Shown: one piece after another, positions 27,631 through 34,107 of the stretch
How positions within the stretch are numbered: position 1 is the stretch's first letter
How the letters are laid out: the number at the start of each line of letters is the position of its first letter
IMG/VR virus record: IMGVR_UViG_3300048849_000156
Coordinates: 1 to 34,107 of that record
Direction: 5' to 3' (one strand)
Length of the DNA: 34,107 nucleotides
DNA from: a virus
Taxonomy: Duplodnaviria; Caudoviricetes
Made by a program: the position numbers and the translations under genes
The notes under the pieces: model-generated
What the model was told of the DNA's origin: nothing
What the model saw: only the letters and a program-made list of their open reading frames with translations
Databases searched by the model: none

Positions 27631-27667
27631 AATGTCCTGCTCTGCCAGTTGTGCAGGGCAGGACATT
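27631..27667. terminator. Long hairpin between convergent genes
   Basis: AATGTCCTGCTCTGC (27631-27645) pairs with GCAGGGCAGGACATT (27653-27667), with one G-U pair. Confidence 0.6.
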
Positions 27668-27781
27668 TCGCAACAGTCATCCTTGGCTTCGCCCGGCGTC
27701 CGTCTACGCTTGATCGCAACCGGCTCTACGGCAACGGGCCGTTGTGCCAGCATTCGCGGAAGTAAGGCATTGGATCGAACA

Positions 27782-28087
27782 TCAGGTGTCTGTATTTACG
27801 GCGACAGTATCCCGACCGGAAGTCTCATCAATAACAGCCTGGATATTTTGAAGAACCACAGACTTCACGTCCGTTGGCGTTACGGCCCACCCTATAGCTG
27901 CAATCATCGAGATAGCAGTCAACAAGTATCCGACTTCGGTCATGATGTTCAGCCATCCAAGAGCTAGTGGAATGAGGCACACTAGCAACGCGTGAGCCAC
28001 AGAAAGCCCCAAATAACGCAACGACACGAACAGTATCAATGCAACAACAATGGGTTTTAGCATGCGCGAAACGATGTACATTCGCAT
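27782..28087 (-). CDS. Moron small multi-pass membrane protein
   Basis: About 3 hydrophobic helices; AT-richer than flanking DNA; antisense to the lysis genes. Confidence 0.7.
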   Translation of the reverse strand: MRMYIVSRMLKPIVVALILFVSLRYLGLSVAHALLVCLIPLALGWLNIMTEVGYLLTAISMIAAIGWAVTPTDVKSVVLQNIQAVIDETSGRDTVAVNTDT

Positions 28088-28253
28088 ATTCCCAACAGAG
28101 GTTTCATTTTCCGTTGGAAAAGTTGCAGAAATCTTGAGGATAGTAAAGTATTATCGTTCGTTTGGTAAATTCCGCTGGCCCCGCACTTGTTTTTGTGTTG
28201 CGCGGGGCGCCTGAACCGAATCACCTTGGGGAGCCCTGTATGTCTTGGCCAAT

Positions 28254-28364
28254 ATGTCGAGCGTCGAGCCGGTCACCTATTTCAGCCAGGATACGGCAGG
28301 AACGCAGTCCGATGCGCGACCCATTAATACGGTGCGCGACCGCTACTGCCCCACCGCGTTATAG
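28254..28364 (+). pseudogene. Possible remnant of an outer-spanin-like small lipoprotein
   Basis: Reads PVTYFSQDTAGTQSDARPINTVRDRYCP with no signal peptide or lipobox upstream. Resemblance is from memory only. Confidence 0.35.
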
Positions 28365-28633
28365 GTGATCCCGAACATACCTAGAGCGGACTGCTTAGTA
28401 TCGCTGCTCGCGAGCGACCAGATGATCGTTGCAACAATAGCCAACGCTGCGATTGTCAGCCGAACGTGCTTATACAGGGCAAGGAACCCTAGTGCAGCGA
28501 ACAAAAAAGCTATGGCAAGCGACAGGGTAAGGGATGCACCCAAGGCAACGAGGCTTCCAAGCATCACCAGTGCGGGCGCGTACTTGGTCACGAGCAGCCA
28601 GAGTTCTTCTCTCTTCACATCATCATGTTGCAT
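28343..28633 (-). CDS. Moron small multi-pass membrane protein, apparent paralogue of 27782..28087
   Basis: About 3 TM; SD AAGGAG; shares AL...SL..LG.S, ALG[WF]L and W.....D.K. Confidence 0.72.
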   Translation of the reverse strand: MQHDDVKREELWLLVTKYAPALVMLGSLVALGASLTLSLAIAFLFAALGFLALYKHVRLTIAALAIVATIIWSLASSDTKQSALGMFGITYNAVGQ

Positions 28634-28800
28634 GGTCGGTAACTCCTTAGACGGCCCGCATCAACACATCAAGTGTGCACCGCAGCGTAGCTGGGGGCTC
28701 CGAATTGCGCAATCCGCACACTCAACTGCAGCCGGCGCCACTTGGCAGCCTTATGAAAAACGTTTGAAGGGCATGGGGACTGATGACAGGGAGAAACGAC

Positions 28801-29412
28801 ATGCCAAACAGCGGCTTTGATCCTGAAGCAAAATATGCGCAGTTGGGAGAGCGGGTAGACAATCAGTCCCGCCAAATTGCTCAAGTTGATTCCCGGATGA
28901 CACAAGGCTTTTCAGAGATAGCCTCTCAGATCCGCGGCTTGGTCGACGACATCCGGGGCGGGTCGAAAACGCAGTGGCCGATCGTCATTGGCTTCTGCAC
29001 GGTATCGATCACGATCCTTGGTGGGCTCGGCTATCTTGCGCTGCAGCCCATCAAGGACAACGTGTCACAAATTCGCGAAGATACCAAAGGTCAGGCTTCC
29101 GGCACTTCGGCAGCCCTCGCGACCATTGTCGATAAAATGGTGACGCAGAAGGAGATGGAGTGGCGCACGGCACGCGGTCAAGAAGATCGCGCGCGCATGG
29201 ACGGCTCGATAAAGGAAGTCCGGGAAGCGCAGGTGCCACGCGAGGAACTCACAAGGATATGGGCGAACTACGATCAGCGCTTCCAGGATCAGCAGCGGCA
29301 GTTGGACGAACTGAAGCTTGCTCAGGGAAGCGTTTATGGGGCAAGGGACGTCATCATGGATTTGAGACAGCGCCTAGATCGCGTCGAGCGCGAGCGGATC
29401 GGCCAGCCGTAG
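28801..29412 (+). CDS. Coiled-coil protein with one TM segment (lysis-module associated)
   Basis: QLGERV.N coil, TQW-hydrophobic segment, long C-terminal coil. Start is 28801 (SD GGAG) or 28783. Confidence 0.75.
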   Translation: MPNSGFDPEAKYAQLGERVDNQSRQIAQVDSRMTQGFSEIASQIRGLVDDIRGGSKTQWPIVIGFCTVSITILGGLGYLALQPIKDNVSQIREDTKGQASGTSAALATIVDKMVTQKEMEWRTARGQEDRARMDGSIKEVREAQVPREELTRIWANYDQRFQDQQRQLDELKLAQGSVYGARDVIMDLRQRLDRVERERIGQP

Positions 29413-29568
29413 CTAGCAAGCATCGCTGTTTTTCCTTGTCCGGAACAGTCCGAACACAACCAAGACCACAGTGGATAGGATTATCAAAACGACGGCGAAT
29501 ACGGTTAGGAGGAGCCACCCCAAGCGTCGGGCAGCGTAAGCGAGCCACGTAATGACGGATTTCATCAT
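29413..29568 (-). CDS. Putative 51-aa single-TM protein
   Basis: MMKSVITW...RRLGWLLLTVFAVVLIILSTVVLVVFGLFRTRK; starts 7 nt after the stop of 29576..29821. Confidence 0.45.
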   Translation of the reverse strand: MMKSVITWLAYAARRLGWLLLTVFAVVLIILSTVVLVVFGLFRTRKNSDAC

Positions 29569-29575
29569 CTGTGGG

Positions 29576-29821
29576 TCATTCCAGCTCCGGTATTTCGCCC
29601 CGCTTATAGATGACGACAGGCGGGCCATACTCCCCAATCGCGGGGTCAGCGTCTCGGCTCCATGCAACGACACCCGCATACTGATCCCCGAGCAACAGCG
29701 CGTCTAGCCTAGCCCGACCTGCCGTATCCACCTGACGAGGTTCAAAGGCGGGCACCAACTCCCCGTCTTCGTTCCTCACAAATGCCGCAAGCACAATAAG
29801 CTTCCCTTTTGTCGTCATCAT
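29576..29821 (-). CDS. Conserved-looking rhizobial hypothetical protein
   Basis: LIV..AF.RN..GELVPAFEPR, AGV.AWSR.A.P..GEYG.P pattern; SD GAGG. Confidence 0.75.
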   Translation of the reverse strand: MMTTKGKLIVLAAFVRNEDGELVPAFEPRQVDTAGRARLDALLLGDQYAGVVAWSRDADPAIGEYGPPVVIYKRGEIPELE

Positions 29822-30007
29822 CTCGCCTCTTATCGTGAGACAAATATGCCGCCCGGCTTACCGGACGGCAAGATGCTTGAGTGACACGCCGCCTTGCGTT
29901 TGTTAGCAATTCCTCAAGCTTCCCAAGCTGAGTATGGCTACGAGTCAGTGTCAAACTGGTAGAGGTTATGATGATCGACTAATCCAAGTGAAGGGAGTGG
30001 GATACAA

Positions 30008-30331
30008 GTGGGCCTTTTAACGCCAAGACAAGCCGCGGCCGAACTGGCAATTTCAACTCGCCAGCTGCGTGATCTGAGTTTGGACGGAGACATCACGTTC
30101 ATCAACGTTGGTCGTGGCGACCGGCCGGCAAGAAGGTACGAGATGTCGGATCTCGAGGTATTCAAAGCTGAGAGAAGGACCGTGTCTTACCGAACAAGTG
30201 GCGCGCCGGCCTCCAGACGAATTGCAAACTCTCCGGCAACGAAGCCGATTGATATCCAAGAAGTCTTTGCTGCGCGGCAACAAGCAAAACTCGCTGCAAA
30301 GAAATTGAAGGCAACGAAATCCCTGCCATGA
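30008..30331 (+). CDS. Excisionase-like HTH (HTH_17) DNA-binding protein
   Basis: LLTP..AA..L.IS.R.LR.L...G.I.FI.VG...RRY..DL..F motif. Confidence 0.85.
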   Translation: MGLLTPRQAAAELAISTRQLRDLSLDGDITFINVGRGDRPARRYEMSDLEVFKAERRTVSYRTSGAPASRRIANSPATKPIDIQEVFAARQQAKLAAKKLKATKSLP

Positions 30332-30338
30332 AGGCCGT

Positions 30339-30716
30339 TCAATCTTCTCGCTTTTTCTTTGCTCGCTTGCTGTTTCCAGCTGAGCGCTCCTTCGGCCGTT
30401 TCCCATTCGCCAGTTCCAGGGCCGCCTCGTATGCGCTTTCCGGAGATCGCGCCAACGGAATCCCTGAGACCGATTTCTTCACTGTGGTGGATCCCTGAGA
30501 TGCAAGCTCAGCTCTCAGGACTGCGATGTGCTCCGGATAGAACACGTACTTCGCTCCGCGCCGTTCATAGTGCGGATGCTGTTTTAGAGCTTCAATCAGG
30601 AAGCGTCTCGATACGCCGAGCAGCAGGGCTGCACCGTTCGTATCCACCGGAACCATCAGCCGGGCCCATTCTGGAAGCGGAAGAGAGGCGGACCCTGGCC
30701 GTAGCTTGCGCGGCAT
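30339..30716 (-). CDS. Second excisionase-like HTH protein
   Basis: AA.LLGVSRR.L...L..HP.Y..RG....F...I..LR motif and a basic tail. Confidence 0.7.
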   Translation of the reverse strand: MPRKLRPGSASLPLPEWARLMVPVDTNGAALLLGVSRRFLIEALKQHPHYERRGAKYVFYPEHIAVLRAELASQGSTTVKKSVSGIPLARSPESAYEAALELANGKRPKERSAGNSKRAKKKRED

Positions 30717-30727
30717 GAACGGGCGCC

Positions 30728-30988
30728 TTACTGCACCTCTGGCGGCGGATAGCTCCGACCGATCGAGACGAGATACTCGGTGATTTCCTTGAGAAGGTGG
30801 TCACGTTCCCCGTACGCCTTCGTGATCGCGGACAGCTTCGGCATGACTGCCTCAAACTGGTCATCAGGAAGATCGGCGTCGCCGATCAAGTAACCCACGC
30901 CGGCAATACCTGTGATGTTACATCCCGTAGCGGCTACCTCCTCGACAAACGCGGGTATCTCTTCGGGTTTCATTTCGCGCCTCATCAT
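30728..30988 (-). CDS. Hypothetical protein
   Basis: Coherent ORF with SD AAGGA, in a leftward gene run. Confidence 0.75.
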   Translation of the reverse strand: MMRREMKPEEIPAFVEEVAATGCNITGIAGVGYLIGDADLPDDQFEAVMPKLSAITKAYGERDHLLKEITEYLVSIGRSYPPPEVQ

Positions 30989-31128
30989 ATCGCGCTTCCT
31001 TTTTGCTTTAAGCAGTACCAGACGCGGAGTTGCAATGCGACTAGCTCAAACGCCAAACCCCACGGTTGACCAGGCGGGAAACAAACCAACAGCCCCGGTG
31101 TACCTATCCGCATTGACCATTCACGGTA

Positions 31129-31374
31129 TCAGCCGAAGTTGAGCTTCTTATCGGTTCGCGCAACTATCAACGCACAGCGGGAAATCTTGCCGTTCTCTCC
31201 GATATCGAAGAACCGCTCTCTCACCACGTAGACAGCGCCTTCATAGCTCGCATGGAGGTAATCACCGACGTTTGGCGGGGAGTCGGCTTCGTGATCCAGG
31301 TCATGAACTGGCGCTGGGTTGTAAGGCGACGGTCCGTCGTGGTATTCAAAGCAGCTAATGTGGTAGGGGTTCAT
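31129..31374 (-). CDS. Hypothetical small beta protein
   Basis: SD GAGGA; PNVGDY...YVVRERFF. Confidence 0.7.
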   Translation of the reverse strand: MNPYHISCFEYHDGPSPYNPAPVHDLDHEADSPPNVGDYLHASYEGAVYVVRERFFDIGENGKISRCALIVARTDKKLNFG

Positions 31375-31383
31375 TGAAATTCC

Positions 31384-31764
31384 TCACGCCTTCATGTCAC
31401 TTTGGCGAAAGCTCACACGAGCGACTTCGAACTCTTCAACATCGATTCCCCGACTTTTCGCCCCCTCTGCGACGCGGCGCCAGTCATCGCTTGAGTAAGG
31501 GCTGAGGGCCACTTCGCATTCCACATAGATCTCACGAACGGAACCGATTTTCGAGACGTCGGCGGCAAAGCCGCCAGTTTCAGGGTGATCGAGCCGCCAC
31601 CAAACCTTACGCACTATGAGATCTTCACCAAAGGGGTCTGGTTGGTCCGGCCGCTGGACCGAGATGTAGCTGCCTACATCTGGTACTTCAGGGAGCTCGA
31701 AATTCAGAGAGTAGTCGGGTTTGAGTTTCCCGACATCTCGTACGATCAAAATTAGCTGAACCAT
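31384..31764 (-). CDS. Hypothetical protein
   Basis: SD GAGGAGG; PDVGSY...LIVRKVWW. Confidence 0.78.
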   Translation of the reverse strand: MVQLILIVRDVGKLKPDYSLNFELPEVPDVGSYISVQRPDQPDPFGEDLIVRKVWWRLDHPETGGFAADVSKIGSVREIYVECEVALSPYSSDDWRRVAEGAKSRGIDVEEFEVARVSFRQSDMKA

Positions 31765-31857
31765 TGTTGAGCACCTCCTCGGCGGAAAAACCCGCGAGTA
31801 GAACCTGCCTCAGGGAAAGCGCGCGCGCAAGCTCTCACCCCTTGGCGAGAGTGGTGC

Positions 31858-31886
31858 TTGTCATATTAGGCAAATCAGGTAAGAAT
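31858..31886 (+). promoter_or_regulatory. Candidate sigma70 promoter of the C4-like operon
   Basis: TTGTCA-N17-AAGAAT directly upstream of the first target hairpin. Confidence 0.55.
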
Positions 31887-31892
31887 GTCCGT

Positions 31893-31919
31893 GGGCGTGA
31901 TAACCCGGACCAGTGATAA
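31893..31919 (+). promoter_or_regulatory. Upstream target boxes (a1/b1-like) of the C4-like RNA
   Basis: GTGATAA at 31897-31903 in a GGG/CCC hairpin loop; CCAGTGA at 31910-31916. Confidence 0.7.
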
Positions 31920-32024
31920 GCAGGCTGAAGATTGGCGTCTTTCTACCTGCCGGAGCGCATCGAGGCCTTGGCGGGCCTCGTAGGCGCGTAGGCAACGCCT
32001 TGGCGGGCGTTCCAACTCGACCTT

Positions 32025-32110
32025 TATGGCCGGGGGCGAACGCTATGTCCAGAGCGAAAGCTTAAAATTGTTCGGCCTGTCTCACTGGCAGGTTATCACC
32101 CCCCGGCTGC
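32025..32110 (+). ncRNA. C4-type antisense RNA (P1 C4 / P4 CI RNA-like)
   Basis: Three-way junction: P1 32028-32036/32100-32108; P2 CGAAC/GTTCG capped by AGC-GAAA-GCT; P3 CCTGTC/GGCAGG. Antisense boxes TCTCACTGG (32080-32088) and TTATCAC (32093-32099). Confidence 0.82.
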
Positions 32111-32137
32111 CGGTCTGCCACCGGCTTCGAAGGTCTT

Positions 32138-32192
32138 GGCCGTGATAAGCCGCAACCTTCCCCGCCGTGATAAGCGGGTCCGACCAGTGAGA
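32138..32192 (+). promoter_or_regulatory. Downstream target boxes (a2/b2-like) covering the RBS of 32200
   Basis: GTGATAA in hairpin loops at 32142-32148 and 32167-32173; CCAGTGAGA at 32184-32192, 7 nt before the ATG. Confidence 0.75.
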
Positions 32193-32199
32193 ACAAACA

Positions 32200-32988
32200 A
32201 TGGAAAACTATCCAAATATCCAGCGGCGCGAAGGCACGCTGTTTTTCGCATGCCCAGAGTTTGACAAGGGCGCGATTGCGACCTCGATTGAGCGCCTTAT
32301 CAACATGCTCGACGCGATGGAAGAAGACTCCGATCTCGAGCCATATCTTGCCGGCTACGCGGGCGAGGGGTTTGACGACGACCGCGAAGCCGACCTCGAC
32401 GTGGAAGAGGGCGATGACAAGCCCGACGACGAGCCTACCCTTGGAGCGCGTGAGTCCTTCGAACACGGCAACTGGTATAGCCTCACGGCAGAGGCTGACT
32501 TGGAGTTGGACAAGGCCGACTATGAAGACGGCGGCGACGACGAACCATTACTCGCAGCTGCCGAGCGCCACCCCAACATCTTCAGCCCACACGGTCGCGA
32601 CCTCGATACATCGCAGGAGCGTTGGAACGATGGCGAGAGCGACGGGCGGGAGGCAGACGGAGACGATCGCGAACCGGATGAGTCCGGGATTGCCGACGAG
32701 GAGGCGCTTGCCGAGATGAGTGGTTATGAGCCATCGCTTGGTTGGACGAACGCCCTGAACCAGTCGGGCGCTGATCGGTTTGGAGATGGCACCTACGACA
32801 CCGACTTAGAGCTTGATCGCAGCGAGTACGAGGCAGACGGCGACGAGGAAGACTTCAGCGACGACGACGGCGTCAACATCGGCCAGTATGGCGGCACTGG
32901 TGACCGTATCGCCCGCGACCTGATCCGGGGCATGCCGATTGCGACGAGGCGGGCCGCAGCCTATGCGGCGATCGGGGGGCGGGCATGA
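32200..32988 (+). CDS. Highly acidic internal-repeat protein of unknown function
   Basis: About 74 of 262 residues are D/E by manual count; four EPxL[AG]...[DG][LR]E[LA]D units. Confidence 0.85.
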   Translation: MENYPNIQRREGTLFFACPEFDKGAIATSIERLINMLDAMEEDSDLEPYLAGYAGEGFDDDREADLDVEEGDDKPDDEPTLGARESFEHGNWYSLTAEADLELDKADYEDGGDDEPLLAAAERHPNIFSPHGRDLDTSQERWNDGESDGREADGDDREPDESGIADEEALAEMSGYEPSLGWTNALNQSGADRFGDGTYDTDLELDRSEYEADGDEEDFSDDDGVNIGQYGGTGDRIARDLIRGMPIATRRAAAYAAIGGRA

Positions 32989-33230
32989 ACCGGCGCTCGG
33001 TTCTCAAGGGCGGGGCGATCCTTGCCGTCACGGCGCACAGCGCGGCGGTCGCGCCCGCGTTGTCGCAAGACGCTGTCAGCGTCGATGGTTTCCTCGCTAC
33101 CGCGTCGGCAACGGAGAAGCGGGACTTCCTCGCAAAGGCTCTCGCTGACGTCATGCAGGAGATCAGCCCCGACTCATACCGCACCATCTGGTGCGATAAG
33201 CATCACTTCCTACTGATCTGCAAACAATGA
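32985..33230 (+). CDS. Small phage protein with twin-arginine-like N-terminus
   Basis: MNRRSVLKGGAILAV; ATGA overlap with the upstream gene. Confidence 0.7.
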   Translation: MNRRSVLKGGAILAVTAHSAAVAPALSQDAVSVDGFLATASATEKRDFLAKALADVMQEISPDSYRTIWCDKHHFLLICKQ

Positions 33231-33289
33231 AACCGCGGCCCGGCCGCTCTTGCGGCCGGGCTCATTCTCGAATCAGAAGGTTTAGTAGC

Positions 33290-33472
33290 ATGTCAAAGAA
33301 CGTTATCGATGCAGCGTGCAGGCTGATGGACGCTGTCGAATTTGATGTAAACGCCACCTACGGCAAAGGCGCCAATGGCGGGCTTGTCTCGGATGACACT
33401 ATACGGGCACTCGCGTCGTTGTGCGTGCTGATCTCCATGCTCGATGAGGGCGCGCATGTCGAAGGACGATGA
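33290..33472 (+). CDS. Hypothetical protein
   Basis: Start moved to ATG 33290 (MSKNVID); GGLVSD.T.RA motif. Confidence 0.6.
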   Translation: MSKNVIDAACRLMDAVEFDVNATYGKGANGGLVSDDTIRALASLCVLISMLDEGAHVEGR

Positions 33473-33881
33473 CGACAGCATAAGCCAGTGGGAAAAGGCA
33501 GCCGGAGCGCTAGCCGTCAACGTCCCTTCGATGATTGAAGAGGCGATCACTTTGCATCGCCTTCTTGTCGCAGATGAGGTCCAGCTTTATGGGCACGATG
33601 ATGAATGGCTTGTGGACCAAGCGGCGTGTGATGCGGCCGCCGAGCGGGAGATCAAGGCATTCCGGATCCTTGCTCGCATGCCATGCATGACGGCAGAGGA
33701 AGCGCAGATCAAGCTTGCTTACTTCATGGAAGAACCGCGGCCAAGATGGTTCAGTCATATGGAGCGGCTAACCTGGGAAGCGTACATCGATGACGAGGAG
33801 AAGGGAACGGGAAACAGCGATCAGAGCAAGATGTTCATGCGCTCGCTCTACGTAAATGGGGGAGTAGTCGACGATGGATAG
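33456..33881 (+). CDS. Hypothetical protein
   Basis: Start at ATG 33456 (SD GAGGG); PC.T.EE...K..Y motif; overlaps both neighbours. Confidence 0.7.
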   Translation: MSKDDDDSISQWEKAAGALAVNVPSMIEEAITLHRLLVADEVQLYGHDDEWLVDQAACDAAAEREIKAFRILARMPCMTAEEAQIKLAYFMEEPRPRWFSHMERLTWEAYIDDEEKGTGNSDQSKMFMRSLYVNGGVVDDG

Positions 33882-34107
33882 CTTGATTTCAGATGCAAAC
33901 GACCAGCTTCTTGCCTCCATCGGTTACGTCAACACCATCAATCTCATCCTCCGAGCGTTGGAGCAGCGATCGTTTGGCGCCGAAGTCGACGACGCCTTGC
34001 ATAGCCTGCGTCTTGCTACCGACCACGCAGATAAGTCTGGCCGACATGCAAAACTGAATCTTGAGCATGTGGAAGAGGCGAACATTTTCGCTAGCACACA
34101 GAAATAA
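33874..34107 (+). CDS. Hypothetical helical protein
   Basis: SD GGGAG; overlaps the upstream stop; ends at the window edge. Confidence 0.6.
   Translation: MDSLISDANDQLLASIGYVNTINLILRALEQRSFGAEVDDALHSLRLATDHADKSGRHAKLNLEHVEEANIFASTQK

Larger units (their letters stand above)
733..34107. mobile_element. Temperate siphovirus prophage (HK97-type head, lambda-like tail), possibly defective; true boundaries not visible
   Basis: Colinear packaging, head, tail and lysis genes followed by phage-type small early genes. No att site or integrase seen. Confidence 0.95.

Noticed and set aside
29822-31860. LexA box (GTTC-N7-GTTC) before the early genes
   Set aside because: No correctly spaced match found by eye.
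32025-32110. Cloverleaf-like fold as a tRNA
   Set aside because: No T-loop or D-loop consensus, no anticodon arm and no CCA end; it is a three-way junction with a GAAA tetraloop.
31890-32195. Short repeats as a possible CRISPR array
   Set aside because: Repeats are only 6-10 nt, irregularly spaced and accompanied by complementary copies; no cas genes. A C4-type circuit explains them better.

Overview
The window is most of a temperate siphovirus prophage with an HK97-type head and a lambda-like tail. The host is probably a rhizobial alphaproteobacterium, inferred from DUF982 and related small-protein families. Gene order is HNH, candidate cos, terS, terL, portal, ClpP-like protease, major capsid, connectors, tail tube, frameshifting tail chaperones, tape measure (split by a 1-nt frameshift, with a tail lysozyme domain), distal tail/NlpC/TipJ, tail fibre module, amidase endolysin and holin-like gene. 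Small accessory and early genes follow. No integrase, repressor, tRNA, CRISPR array or IS is visible. The most notable points are: (1) a full-length FAD-dependent oxidoreductase translationally coupled inside the tail fibre module; (2) a C4-type antisense RNA with matching target boxes and a second set of TTGGCG-loop hairpins, placed upstream of a very acidic repeat protein; (3) a moron beside cos with a PycTM-like membrane protein and a divergent Pro/Lys peptide whose start codons overlap; (4) a pseudoknot-like leader before the tail chaperone; (5) an unannotated 28-aa membrane peptide with an EcfG-like promoter and a structured 3' region; and (6) signs of decay (tape measure frameshift, spanin-like remnant, no integrase). 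All family calls come from motif recognition by eye, not from database searches.
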